Below, one piece after another: positions 19,102 to 59,810 of a stretch of DNA of 64,000 bases (the first letter of the stretch is position 1; every line of letters starts with the position of its first letter). The stretch lies in assembly GCF_009914755.1 (NCBI RefSeq), contig NC_060934.1; one strand, written 5' to 3'. Made by a program: the position numbers and the translations under genes. The notes under the pieces are model-generated. The model was not told where the DNA came from. It did not search any database and saw only the letters and a program-made list of their open reading frames with translations. The DNA is from the human T2T-CHM13v2.0 reference genome, Homo sapiens.

Positions 19102-19852
19102 ATGTGTTTCTTATTCAACAGCTTTTGGTAACATTTTTATAGTTTTTTTCTTATAGATCTTCTTTCTTGGTAAATTTATTTTACCTTTATTATTTTTGTT
19201 ATTGTGAATATTTTTACCATTAGCATTTCAAGGTGCTTATTGCTAATATATTTTGTATTATGATCTTATTTCCAAATGCCTTACCAATATTCCTCTTTAA
19301 AATATTTGAAAGTTCTGTTTTTCCTAATCTCTATGATTTCCTAGGCATATAATCATATCCACAAAAAGCTTTCTATATATTTATACTGATTATTTCATTT
19401 AAAAATCTTGTTACATTCATGGATCCTCCAAGATAATCTTTAATAACAAATACTGACAGCAGCTATTCCTGCTGGTTCCTTGTTTTATTTGAAATGTTCC
19501 TTTATGATTTAAAATACTTGTTTTGTAGGCATTTCATAAATAGCGGTTATGTTTAGACACTTTCCTTCAATTTCTATTTTACTCAAGAATCTTCATTAGG
19601 AGTGGATGTTTAATCTTAACAATAGCCCTCTCAGCATCTACTGATATAATCACATTTTCCTCTTCTTTGATGTCAATTATGTAATTGTGTTAATATACTT
19701 AACTGATATTGAAATACCCGTGAATTCCTGAAATACAATGCTCTTTGCATACTGTATTACTCTTTTTTGTTGTTGCAATTATTGATAAAAGTGCTGGGTT
19801 TTTATTTAGAATATTCATTCATATGTATAAGTCAGATTGGTCTATAGTTTTG

Positions 19853-20133
19853 GTTTTTTTGTTTTTTTTTTTTTTGTTTTGAGATGGAGACTTGCTCTGT
19901 CACCCAGGCTGGAGTGCAGTGGCGTGATCTTGGCTCACTGCAACCTCTGCCTCCTGGGTTCAAGCTGGGATTACAGACATGCACCACCAAGCCGGGCTAA
20001 TTTTTGTATTTTTAGTAGAGACGGGGTTTCGCCATATTGTCCAGGCTGGTCTTGAACTCCTGACCTTAAGTGATCCACGTGCCTTGGCTTCCCGAAGTGC
20101 TGGGATTACAGGTGTAAGCCATGGCATCTGGCC
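19853..20133 (-). mobile_element. AluS with about 29-bp internal deletion
   Basis: 'gggttcaagctgggatt' skips the consensus segment between two 'agc' motifs; TSD tatagttttg (19843-19852, 20134-20143). Confidence 0.93.
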
Positions 20134-20339
20134 TATAGTTTTGTCTTATGTTTATCAGGTTTTCATATTAATGCTGCACTGCCTATGTGAAATGAATTGG
20201 TTTTTCTTTTTTAAAAATATTTGGGATACTTTAAATAACATTGGAATTATCCTTCTTGCAACCCTAGTACTTTTTTAAATTATGGATTTAAAAAATCACT
20301 TTACATTCTTTCTTTGTAACTGGTCTATTAACATTTTAA

Positions 20340-47266
<26,927 letters not shown>

Positions 47267-47482
47267 TCTCTTTTTGTAGAATTTGTAAGTGGAGATTTGA
47301 AGAGCTTTGAGACTTATGGCAGAATAGTGAATATCTTCGTGTAAAAACCAGACAGAATCATTCTCAGAAACTGCTTTGTGCTGTGTGTGTTCAACTCACA
47401 GAGTTTAACCTTTCTTTTGATATAGCCACTTTGAGCCACCGTTTGTAAAGTCTGCAAGTGTATATTTGGACCTCTTTGAGGC

Positions 47483-47499
47483 CTTCGTTGGAAACGGGA
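47483..47499 (+). other. CENP-B box
   Basis: cttcgttggaaacggga, exact canonical 17-mer. Confidence 0.95.
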
Positions 47500-47993
47500 T
47501 TTCTTCATGTAAAACTAGACAGAAGAATTCTGAGAAACTTCTTTGTGATGTGTGCATTGAACTCACAGTGTTGAACATTCCTTTCGATAGAACAGTTTTG
47601 ACACATTCTTTTTGTAGAATTTCCAGGTGCGTATTTAGAGTGCTTTGAAGCCTATGGTAGAAAACGAAATATCTTCATATAAAAACTAGACAGAATCATT
47701 CTCAGAAACCGCTTTGCGATGTGTGCATCCAACTCACAAAGTTTAACCTTTCTTTTGATAGAGCAGTTTAGAAACACTCTTTTTGTAGAATTTGCAAGTG
47801 GATATTTAAAGCACTTTGAGGCCTATGGTAGAAAAGGAAATATCTTCATATAAAAACTAGACGGATTCATTCTCAGAAACTACTTTGTGATGTGGACGTT
47901 CAACTCACAGAATTTAACCTTTCTTTTGATAGAACAGTTATGAAGCACTCTGTTTCTAAAGTCTGCAAGTGGATATTTGGACCTCTTTGAGGC

Positions 47994-48010
47994 CTTCGTT
48001 GGAAACGGGA
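47994..48010 (+). other. CENP-B box
   Basis: cttcgttggaaacggga, exact canonical 17-mer, 511 bp after the first. Confidence 0.95.
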
Positions 48011-48501
48011 ATTTTTCATATAAAACAAGACAGAAGTATTCTGAGAAACTTCTTTGGGATGTGTGCATTCAACTCACAGAGTTGAACCTTACTTTCGAAA
48101 AAGCAGTTTTGAAACACCCTTTTTGTAGAACTTCCAAGTGTATACTTAGAGTGCTTTGAAGCCTATGGTAGAAAACGAAATATCTTCGTATAAAAACTAG
48201 ACAGAATCACTCTCAGAAACCACGTTGTGATGTGTGCGTTCAACTCACAGAGTTTAACCTTTCTTTTGATAGAGCAGTTATGAAACACTTTTTTTGTAGA
48301 ATTTGCAAGGGTGTATATAGAGGGCTTTGTGGCCTATGGTAGAAAAGGAAATATCTTACCATAAAAACTAGACAGAAGCGTTCTCAGAAACGAATTTGTG
48401 ATGTTTGCATTCAACTCACAGAGTTTAACCTTTCTTTTGACAGAGCAGATATGAAACACTCTTTTTGTAGAATTTGCAAGTGTGTATTTAGAGGGCTTTG
48501 G

Positions 48502-48764
48502 GTCACCCAGGCTGGAGTGCAGGGGCGCAATTTTGGCTCACTGCAAGATCCGCCTCCTGGGTTCACACATTCCCCTGCCTCAGCCTCCCAAGTAGCTGGG
48601 ACTACAGGCGTCCGCCATGACGCCTGGTTAATTTTTTGTATTTTTTAGTAGAGATGGGCTTTCACCATGTTAGCCAAGATGGTCTCGATCTCCTGACCTT
48701 GTGATCCACCCGCCTTGGCCTCCCAAAGTGCTGGCATTACAGGCGTGAGACACCTCGCCTGGCC
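48502..48764 (-). mobile_element. AluY-like element lacking its 3' end and tail, fused to alpha satellite
   Basis: Alpha 'gagggctttg' joins 'ggtcacccaggctggagtgc'; no poly-T and no 'gagacggagtctcgctct'; ends 'cctggcc'. Confidence 0.93.
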
Positions 48765-50089
48765 CAACTTTACTCTTTATTCTCAAACTTACAACCATCA
48801 GATACTCATGTACACAGAATAAGAAAAATCAACTTTTTTTCCTTGAAGGCAATGTTTCGTCTTGTATTTTATAATATCTGTTCCACATTGCTGTGACAAT
48901 GCTGTTGAAGTGCACCTTCCTTCCTTCACCAAAAGATCACCTGTGTGAATTTGAATAGATGGTCACTGGAGGGGACCAGCGTGGCACACTGGGTTGAATT
49001 GTCTCTTTGCTTTTCAGGCAAAGTGGCTTTGAAAAGACTGAAAATAAAGTGACTGCTGATTAAGCAGATGGCTTGCCATGTAAATAGGACAATTGTTTGA
49101 AAATCACATCGCATGAACTACAACTATTAAAGTGTGAAATGCATGACGCAAATATTGCACAAAAAAATAAAATGAAAATGATGAATACAGTCAAAAAAGA
49201 CAGCCAAACTCCATTTTAGCAATAAAGTAAAATATAATCTACTGTCAGGGGAAGGTAACTTGAAGTACTTGAGATGTTCTTTAATTTAAAAATCCAAAAA
49301 TATTTTTAGCTTTAGTTACTATAAAAAATGTTTAAGCATTTTCCATTTGAAATAAAATTTCAATTTCATGCTTTGTCAGTTTAGTTTCCCTAAATAAATA
49401 GAAAAGAGTAAAATATCACATACAAAAAAAATCAACTTCTTTGGTAATAAATCAGTTCAACTGTCAGACCAAAACATAATTACATTTTACCCAATGTCGT
49501 GCTGACCAATTTGATCAAATGCCACTTCCTTATCACTAAGAGAGATGCAAAGATGTAGACTTTATGTTGAGTGAGACAGGTAAGGATTACTAGGAGCTAG
49601 ATAGTTGTTTTACTAATCAAGGTCGATTTTCATTACTATTTTGTCTCTATGTTAATTAATGGTCTTGATTCAAGAAAATTTTTTTAAAAACTCATCTTCT
49701 CAGTCAGGCAAAATATTAACAAAAAGGCATAGAAATGAAGGCATTTAACACAGTCATAGTTTACATTTTAAAATTAAAATACTTCTAGAAATAACAAAAA
49801 AAGAAAAAAGACAGATGTAAAAAAAAATGAACTTAATTTTTGGTGCAAAGCACTCATTACTAAGCCTAACACAAATATTTTGGTAAAGGCTTTCTAACAC
49901 TGACATTCTTCTCATGACTTAAAAGCGCCACTAATTTTACTTTTGACATATATTTAGTTTTAATATTAAAAGCTAAAAGGAGCCTATTATTTTATTTATA
50001 ATTTGTGGTCTGCATGTACATCATCATCCACTGAGTCGACTAAAGTTTCTGAAAGTTTCAGAAACAGTAACATAAGAATACTTTTTCCT

Positions 50090-50258
50090 GCCATGCACGG
50101 TGGCTCACGCCTGTAATCCCAGCACTTTGGGAGGCTGAGGTTGGGGGATCACCTTAAGTCAGGCATTCGAGACTAGCCTAATAAACCTGGTGAAACCCCA
50201 TCTCTACTAAAAATATAAAATTAACGGCATGGTGGCACATGCCTGTAATCCCAGCTAC
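50090..50258 (+). mobile_element. 3'-truncated AluS
   Basis: Left arm and start of right arm, ending abruptly at 'cccagctac'. Confidence 0.88.
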
Positions 50259-51285
50259 CCCTTTAATGACCACATGTGAAGTTTCTTTTGAACTAATTTT
50301 AACTACCTATTTTTATTGCTTTTTTTTGGTCCTATTAGAAAAACATTAAAGTTCCTGTTACTACAAACACAATCTATTCAAATCTAAGCATACTGCTTAT
50401 CTTAAAAGATCTGTAGGCTTGGAATTATGGAAATCCTATTCTCCATTTAAAATACTGCTTTTCAGTAAGCCAAAGGGGGCAATTGTGGCTCATAATCATG
50501 TTATTAAATATTAATACCATCATCTAGATGGAACTTTTAGTTATCTGCATGTTCAAATTGTTTTCACTTATAATAAGTCAGAAACTATAAAATTTTATAA
50601 ACTATAAAAATAAACTAAAAATATATTTATCAATGCATTTTTTTTCAGTTTTAAAATACTTAGCCTCAGGATTATTTCTAGTTGACATAACACTAGATTT
50701 CAGATGATGTGGATGTAGAAACTAGAAACATCCTAGTTGACTCATCTTCACTTTCTGCCTTCATTTAGCACACAAACATAGCAGCACCAACAAAGGCCAG
50801 CAATGCTACCCCTTTTGAAAAACACACCAGTGCCCTTCTAGGGAGAATATATGTGTGAAAAGATTCATCTGAAAGTCATGCCATCTTCTTTTTGATTTAC
50901 AGACTTATATATGACAAATAATACAAATAAAAATTTAACAGTGCCATATAATCAGAAAATTATTCTAAAAATTCCTTCTGACACATTATTCTTTTTCACC
51001 AAAATGGCTGTGATGAAATGATTGCCTTTGCAGGACTGTTGTCTTAAATAACCAATACTCCCGTTTCATTGTTCTTGAACTTTAACCATAACGCTTTCAT
51101 GCTTTTTCTAGAAATTTTATTTCCTAATTATGTCACTTAGGTATAATTACCATAGCTTCATATTTTCAAAAGTGGTTCTAAAAAAACTTAAACCACTGAC
51201 CATCTTTTTTTCCCAAAGGAGTAGAGTAATAAATAAACACTATCACCTAGTGCACTGTAAATAGATGAAAAATAAAGATGTAGAG

Positions 51286-51481
51286 CTGGGGTGTCCAATC
51301 TTTTGGCTTCCCTGGGACACACTAGAAGAGTTGTCTTGAGCCATACATAAAATACACCAATGATGATTTAAAAAATCACAAAAAACTCATAATGCTTTTA
51401 GAAAGTTTCTGATTTGTTTAGGGCTGCACTGAAAGCCATATTGGGCCACATGGAGCGTAGGCCATGAGTTGGACAAGCTTG
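51286..51481. mobile_element. MER30 (hAT-Charlie) DNA transposon
   Basis: 'ctggggtgtccaatcttttggcttccctggg' to 'gttggacaagcttg'; 8-bp TSD atgtagag / atgtacag. Confidence 0.9.
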
Positions 51482-51682
51482 ATGTACAGTCATTTATTTT
51501 AGCTGCACACTCAAAACTAAGGCCGAGAGCTTTCAGAGAAAATAGCTTATAGGATGTCAGGAGACCTGTTATAGAAACATTCACCCCTATGTCTAAAGGG
51601 GACAAAATTCTATGTCTTCCACCCTTAATTCCAACCATTAACCAAAACTGGAGAAATCTAACATGGCATTATATCACAAAGT

Positions 51683-52972
51683 ATTTTATTATTTGTATTT
51701 TGGATTCAAGGATACACGTGCAGATTTGTAACATAGGTATACTGCATGACGTTGAGGTTTAGGCAATTAATAATCCCATTGCCCAAGTAGTGTACATTAT
51801 ACATGACAAGTACTTTTTAACCCTTGTACCCCTTCTCCCTCCATTTTCGAATCCTTAGTGTTTATTTTTCTCATCTTTGCTTCCATGTGTACCCAATGTT
51901 TAGCTTCCACTTATAAGTGAGAAAATGTAGTATTTGGTTTTCTGTTCTGTGTTAATTTGCTTAGGATCATGACCTTGAGCTGCATCCATGTTGCTGCAAA
52001 GAGTATTACATGATTCTTCTTCAGTGGCTGCATAGTATTGGATGGTGTGTAATTACCTAATTTTTAAAATCCATCTTAAGATTTATGAGCACATGGTTTC
52101 ATTCCATGTCTTTACTATTGTGACTAGTGCTGCAATAAACATACGAGTGCAGGTGTATTTTTGGTAGAATAATTTATTTGTATTGTATTGAGGTATATGC
52201 CCAGTACTGAAGCTGCTGGGTCAAATGGTAACTTTAGTTTTAGTCCTTTGAGAAATCCCCAAAATGCATTCTACAGGAGGTGAACTAACTTGCATTCCCA
52301 CTAAGAGTATATCAGGGTTCTCTTTTCTACATAATTTTAACTTTTTTTTTTTTACTTTTTAATAATAGCCATTTAGACTGGGGTGAGATGGTATCACATT
52401 GTGGTTTGGATTTACATCTCTCTAATCATTAGAAATGTTGATCAATTTTTCATATGTTTGTTGGCTGCTTTTTTTGTCTTTCTTTTAAAAGTATATGTTC
52501 ACATTTTTGTCAACATTTTTTCTTAAATTCCTTATAAAATGTATATATTAGTTATTTATTGTATGCAGTTTACACGTATTTTAGCCCATACTGTACGTTG
52601 TCTGTTTATTTTGTTAATAGTTTCTCTTGCTGTACAGGTCACAATTTTTAATTTTTATTTTTGTTGCTTTCACTTTTGAGGATGTAGTCATTAATTCTTT
52701 ACAGAGACCAACGCCAAGGAGAGAATTTTCTAGGTGTTCTTCTAGGACTTTTATAGGTTGAACACTTACAGATAAGTCTTTAATGTATCTTGATTTAATT
52801 TTCTGTATCATGAGAAGTAGGTGTTGCGATTTCCTCTTCTGCATATGACTAACCAGTTTTTCCAGCACCTTTTTTTGGGTAGGGAGTTCTTTCCATTTGT
52901 TTTTGTTGATGCTGTCAAAAATCAATTAATTTTAAGAGTTCAGCTTCATTTCAGTGCTCTCTTCTGTTCCGT

Positions 52973-53024
<52 letters not shown>

Positions 53025-54485
53025 CTGCATCCATATTATATTGGTTACCGTAGCTTGTGGTAAAGTTTGAAGTTTGGTAACATAATGTCACCAGGTTTAT
53101 TCTTTTTGTTTAGTATAGCCTTGGCTATTTGAGCTTTTTTGTTTTCATATAAATTTTAGAATAGTTTTTTGACTAATTTTATTTAAAAATGGCATTGGTA
53201 GAGTGATAGAAATAGAAATAAACTGTTGATTGTTTTGGGCAGTATGAACTTTTTAATAATTCTAATCCATTAGCATGAAATACTATTCCACTTACTTGCA
53301 CTGTGTCTGATTTCTTTCAGTAGTGGTTTGTAGTTCTTCTAGTAGAGATATTTAACCTCCTTTGTTTAATGGATCACTATTTTATTTTTTGTTTCTGGCT
53401 ATTGTAAACTAGATTGTGTTCTTAATTTTGCTCTGTTTAAGTGTTACTGGTGTATAGAAATGTTCCTCATTTTTGAATGTTGTTTTGCTTTTTGTTGTTG
53501 TTGCCCTGAGATTTTGCAGAAGTCTTTTATTAGGCTTAAGAGTCTTTTGGAGGAGTCTTTGAAGTAGGTAGACAGTTATATCATCAGTAAAGACAGATAA
53601 GTTGACTTCCTCTTTTCTTATTTGAGTGTTTTTCTTTCTTTATCTTGCCTGATTGTTCTGGCTAAAACCTTCAGAACTATGTTGAATAGGAGTGGTGAAA
53701 GTGCACATTCTTTTCTTATTTCAATTTTTAGGAAAGATGCATTAATCTTTCACCTGTTCAGTATGATGTTGGCTGAGGATTTGTCTTATATGGCTGTTAT
53801 TATTTTGAGGTATGTTCCTTCAATGCCTAGTTTTTTGAGAATTTTTTTCATAAATAGATATTACATTTTATTAATTGCTATTTCCACATCTATTGAGATA
53901 ATGTGGTTTTGTTTTTTAATTATTTTTATATGTTGAATCGCATTTATAGATTGCACGTTAAAACATTCCTGCATTCACAGAATAATGTCCACATAGTTGC
54001 AGTGAAATAACTTTGATTTCCTGACTCAGTTTGCAAGCATTTCATGAATAATTTTTGGGTCTGTATTCATCAGGGACATTGGCCTGTAATTTTTTTTGTT
54101 GTGTCTTTACTAGGTTAATATATCAAGATGACAGTGATATTATATGATAGAATTAATTAGGATGGAGTCCCACTTTGATTTTTTGGAATAATTTCTGTAG
54201 AATTACAGCCAACTCATTTTTGTATATGTGATAAAATCATGCTATGAATGCATCTGGTTTAGTACTTTTTATAATTGGTAGATTTTTTTTATCACCAATT
54301 CAATTTACTTACACATTTTTGGTTTCTTGAAGACTTCTGTTTATTCCTGATTCAATCTTGGGAGGTTGTATGTTTCTAAGAGTTTATTCATTTCCTCTAG
54401 ATTTTCTAGTTGGTGTGCACACAGATATTTATAGTAGTCTGCAAGCATCTTTTGTATTTTTGTGGGATTGGCTGTCACAACTGTA
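51683..54485 (-). mobile_element. 5'-truncated old primate L1 (L1PA15/16-like)
   Basis: 3'UTR 'gatacacgtgcagatttgtaacataggtatactgcatgac', followed by degenerate ORF2 ([36 protein letters not shown] at 54341-54526). Confidence 0.88.
52978..53022. repeat. (TG)n microsatellite, about 22 units
   Basis: Perfect GT run inside the L1. Confidence 0.95.
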
Positions 54486-54489
54486 ACAT

Positions 54490-56985
54490 TCAAATAGATG
54501 CATAATGAAAGTGTAACAAAATTCAATATCTCCTCATAATAAATCTCTTGAACTAGTTATAAAATAAATGCAATTCAAGGTAATGTCATTAACAACAATG
54601 CACACCTAACAACATACTAAATAAGGAAAAACTGTAAGCCTTTTCTCTAAGAGCTAGAACAAGACAAGGATGTCCAATTTCTCCAATCTTTTTTTTTTTT
54701 TTTTTTTTTGAGATGGAGTCTTGCTCTGTTGCCTAGGCTGGAGTGCAGTGGTGCAATCTTGGCTCACTGCAAGCTCTGCCTCCCAGTTTCACACCATTCT
54801 TCTGCCTCAGCCTCCTGAGTAGCTGGGACTACAGGTGCGTGCCACCACGCCTGCCTAATTTTTGTATTTTTAGTAGAGACGGGGTTTCACCTTGTTAGCC
54901 AGAATGGTCTTGATCTCCTGACCTCGTGATCCCCCCACCTCCGCCTCCCACAGTGCTGGGATTACAGGTGTGAGCCGCCACGCCTGGCCCAATTTCTTCG
55001 ATCTTACTGAACATAATACAAAATGACCAAGACAGAAAAAATATTCAATAAAATCAAAGCAATCTTAAATAAAATGAAGAAGATAAATTATAGTTTCCTT
55101 GCAGATGATATAATCTTAAGTATAGAAAAACCTAGGACCTCACAAAAAATTATTAGAATATACAAATTTATTAAACTTGCAGGATCCAAAATCAACATAA
55201 AAAAATTCCGTAATATTTCTATATACTAACAATAAAGTATCTGAAAATAAAACCAAAAAACAATCCTATCTACAATAATTGCAGCAGTAACTATACTTAG
55301 AAATGAATGTAACCAAAAAGGTGAACGATCGGTACATTATAATCTAAAAAAAAAAGAATTTAGAAAATAAATAATATTCAAACAAAAAGATATTTCTAAT
55401 TCATAAATGGGCACGATTAATATTGTTAAATAACTGCATTACACAAACTGATATACAGATATAATAAAACTTCTATTAAAATCCAGTTAAATTCTCCATA
55501 GAAGTGTTTTTAAAAAATCTAAAATGTATATTGCCCCACAAAAGACCTTGAATAGCTAAGAAAATCAAGCAAAAAATGAAAAATAAAAGGCTGAAGGAAT
55601 CACTCTGACTTTTAAATGTCCAACAAAGCTACAGTAATCAAAACAGAGTGTTACTTGCATAAAAATGGACACATAGGCCAATAGAGCAAAAGAGAAAGAC
55701 CAGAAATAAATTCATGTATTTACAGACAACTGATTGTAAATAAAGATGACAATTTAAAAAAAAAGTCTTTTATAAACGATGTTGAGAAAATATATATCCA
55801 CATGCAAAATAATAAAATCAGACCTTCATCTCACACCATATATAAAAATTAACTCAAATTAGATACTTAAATGTGAGACCTGAAAATCTAAAACTAAGAT
55901 GAGGAAATATAGAATGAATGCCCCATAACATTGGTCTGGGCAGTGACTCTTGGGTTTAACCTCAAAATTTTAGGGGGAAATAGACAAACCAGATTTCTTA
56001 AAATTAAGAAGCTGCTGCACACCAACAGATACAATCAGCAGAATGACATAACTGAAAAATGGAAGAAAATATTTGCAAATTATACATGTGAAAAGCAGTT
56101 AATATCAAAAATACATAAGAAACTCAAAGGACTATAAAACAAAAAACAAATAACCATTAAAAATAAGCAAAAGATCTATATAAATAATTTTCAAAGAAAG
56201 ACATACTTACAGCTTGGCAGATAGATGAATATGGCTCAGTCAATTATCATCAAGGAAAGGCAAACCAAAACAACTCTAAGATATAAACTCACTCCTGTTA
56301 GAATGTTTAAAAAAAATTGTTGGTAAACTTGAAAAAAGAGAAAGAGGAAAGCTTTCACACTGTTTGTGTCAATGTAAATAAAAACAGCCATTATGAAAAA
56401 TAGAAATTTTGCAAAACAATTAAAATCTAACATGTAATTGAACTACTGGATATCTATCACAAAACAAATGAAACTAGATTGATGAACAGACATCTGCAAT
56501 TCTGTTTGTTGCAGCACACTTTACAGAAGCCAAAATATAGAATCAACGTATGTGTCCATCGTCCAATGAGGAAATACACACACTATGGTGTATATATACA
56601 ATGGAATACTATATTTTAAACAAAAAATCTTATTTTTAATCACAAAGATAAGCCTAAAGGACACTATAGTTGTTGAAATAAGGCACAGAAAGGTTAATAT
56701 CTCATGATTTCACTCACATGTGGATTCTACAAAACATATATTGATTACATAATTACAGTTGGATAAGAAAAATAAGTTCAAGAGATTATAATGCATGTAT
56801 TGTGTTTCTGAAAAAATGCTAAGACAGTAAATGTTGTCTTCGCACCAAAAAGTAACTATGTGAGGCAAAGCACTTGACAATTACCTAAAATTAGGCATTG
56901 ACAATGTATATTTACTTCAAAATACTATTTTACAAAATAAATACATATTTTATCAGTGAATTTAAAAATATATTTATAAAAACTA
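54490..56985 (+). mobile_element. L1MA-type LINE (3' ORF2 and 3'UTR), interrupted by an Alu
   Basis: ORF2 relic FLADDIILSIEKP (55023-55229); 3' end 'aaaagtaactatgtgagg...aataaatacata'. Confidence 0.85.
54689..54989 (-). mobile_element. AluY-like element
   Basis: T21 tail; 'gcaagctctgcc...caccattct'; TSD caatttctccaatc / caatttcttcgatc. Confidence 0.95.
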
Positions 56986-56989
56986 TTAA

Positions 56990-57528
56990 AAATGACAAAG
57001 GTTCAAATTCTGACTCTGTGTTTTTGTCATAAACCTGTCTGAATAGTATGAAAGATACATAGTTTTTGTGCTGTTTTTTCACCTAGTCAGTCATGACCAT
57101 ATGAACTCTAATATTTACCACCATGTTTTTGGGACCCAGCACAGAATATGGGAGAAGCCAACGTACCTTAGGCCTTTTACTTTGAGCTTGGGACACCTGG
57201 AGTTTCTGGTGCTGGTGGTAATGATAGGGAAGACACAAAAAGGGCAGGTGTTGCTGTGGTTCACATGATTAAACCACTCTGAAGAGAGTAAATAAGTTTG
57301 CATCCCAGATCACTGAAGAAATTTTTTAACTCAAAAGATGACATGATCCTTAAAATTTTTCCAGATAAAATGACCAAGGAGTTGACTAGTTAGGTGACAA
57401 AGAATGAAACCTCTAAATTGTAAACTGCACCCAATAAAAAAGTACATTATACAAGTGTGAGAAATTCCTCAAGATTTTAATGTTAATATGAAAAAGATTA
57501 CTTCACATGTGAAATCCACAGGTGTCAT
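56990..57528 (-). pseudogene. Vomeronasal type-1 receptor (V1R/VN1R) pseudogene, 5' half only
   Basis: Minus strand from ATG at 57526-57528, with frameshifts: LRNFSHL, FILCHLT, VNSLVILSG, IMSSFELKNFFSDLGCKLIY, NTCPFCVFPIITTSTRNSRCPKLKVKGLRYVGFSHILCW. These match V1R motifs LGNFSLL, LILKHLTVANSLVILS, FGLKHFLNDFGCKLVFY and TTCLLSVFQAITISPRNSRWAELKVKAPKYIG. It stops at the L1MA tail. Confidence 0.85.
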
Positions 57529-57679
57529 TCTATTATTTTTGAATATTTAACATTCACACCAAAATAAAAGATTCTGAATGAAAACTTAAGTTGAGCTGTA
57601 AGTATGTAATAAAAAATTTAACATTCTCCACTTACCATTAACTCTTCTAAAAGTTTAATTTCTAAGACATATCTTCTAA

Positions 57680-58003
<324 letters not shown>

Positions 58004-58666
58004 TGTGTTAAAATTTAATAAAAGTTTGGTTTTACAAAGACAAGAAATTCTGACTGATTTATTCCTCTCACCTGTGAACACCGGATGCCTTTTATCTCAA
58101 TTAACGGATCTGAAAGTTACATTGACAAACTTCTCATCAGAACCTACAAAGTACTGTGTGAAATGACATGGCACAAAACAAACAGCAATAAAAATGTAGC
58201 CATAACACAAAGAAGAAAAAGAAGGGCTGTGATGCATACACAGTTGGGATAAACATAAGTAGACACAAAAACAAAACTAAAGATAATCAGAAAATAAGAA
58301 GAATGTCTCTTTAAATTCAGAAAGAGTCAGTTTTGCAGCATAAGAACAACGTCCTCTCCACATACAGAATCGATTTTATTTCTTCACCACGCATATTTCT
58401 TTATCTTTACTTGGAGCTACAAACTAACTCCAGCAGAAATATTTATGGCCAATAATGGTGCCTCTATTACAGCAAGCATTGTGTTTGCTACATTTACATA
58501 TCAAAATATCTTTGTGACTTATGAAGCCTCCCCAGTATTTACTTAAACAAATTGGCTGAATGAATAAATTCACCTATGTCAATTATAAAGAGTAAAAGGA
58601 ACAATAAGGAAACTTAGCTTACACAGGTTTCTCCAATTAAAATAACAAAATGGGATGTTCTAACTA

Positions 58667-59152
<486 letters not shown>

Positions 59153-59589
59153 CTACCATGAGTACCAGGCAAATGAAAGAAAGAATTTGCATGGAAAGAT
59201 TCGGAAACACAGTCCATAAGACTTCACAGTAATTAATTAAATAAAATGCAGAGAATACAGATATTATTCAAAATCACTGAGGTTTCTGGTTTTCTAGTAA
59301 ATGATTTGTCCACTTTATTAAAGTGATATTTTGTTCCAATATTGCTTGTCTTCTGAAAATAGGTACTCTCACACACAATTACTTGCCCCACAATTTTCTT
59401 ACACCTAATGTTTATCTTAAGAGTAATATATTTGTATATTTAGCATCATGTAAGTAAAAACTAACAGTCTGCATGAGTTTACAGGCAGAGAGTCCACTTG
59501 TTCAAAATATATATGACAAATTTTTAAAAATATTCATTCAGGACTTAGAAATGTGAGATTTATTATACTACTATGTAATTATTATCAAG

Positions 59590-59810
59590 ACGATAAAAAA
59601 CCTCTGTAGCAAGTAATAATTTACTTGTACATTTTTAGATAACTAAAAATGTTTAAATGGATTGTCTGTAATACAAAAAAAATGCATTAGGTAATGAATA
59701 CCTCATTTACTCTGATGTGATTACAAATTGTATGCCTGTATGAAAATATTCTATATATGCCATAAATAGGTAAACAATATTATGTTCCTACAAAAATTTA
59801 AAAAGTTAAA
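59590..59810 (+). mobile_element. L1MA 3'-end fragment
   Basis: 'aataatttacttgtacatttt...ggattgtctgtaatac...catttactctgatgtgattac' resembles an L1MA 3'UTR. Confidence 0.65.

Larger units (their letters stand above)
47267..48501 (+). repeat. Alpha satellite, about 7 monomers of about 170 bp (SF1/SF01 J-like, diverged)
   Basis: Monomer starts ('cattctcagaaac'-like) near 47359, 47527, 47697, 47868, 48037, 48208 and 48379; mixture of CENP-B-box and 'cctatggtagaaaaggaaatatc' A-box monomers. The family assignment is tentative. Confidence 0.96.

Noticed and set aside
51683-56985. Single L1 with a twin-priming inversion
   Set aside because: The two opposite-strand pieces each have their own 3'UTR and belong to different subfamilies (L1PA-like and L1MA-like).
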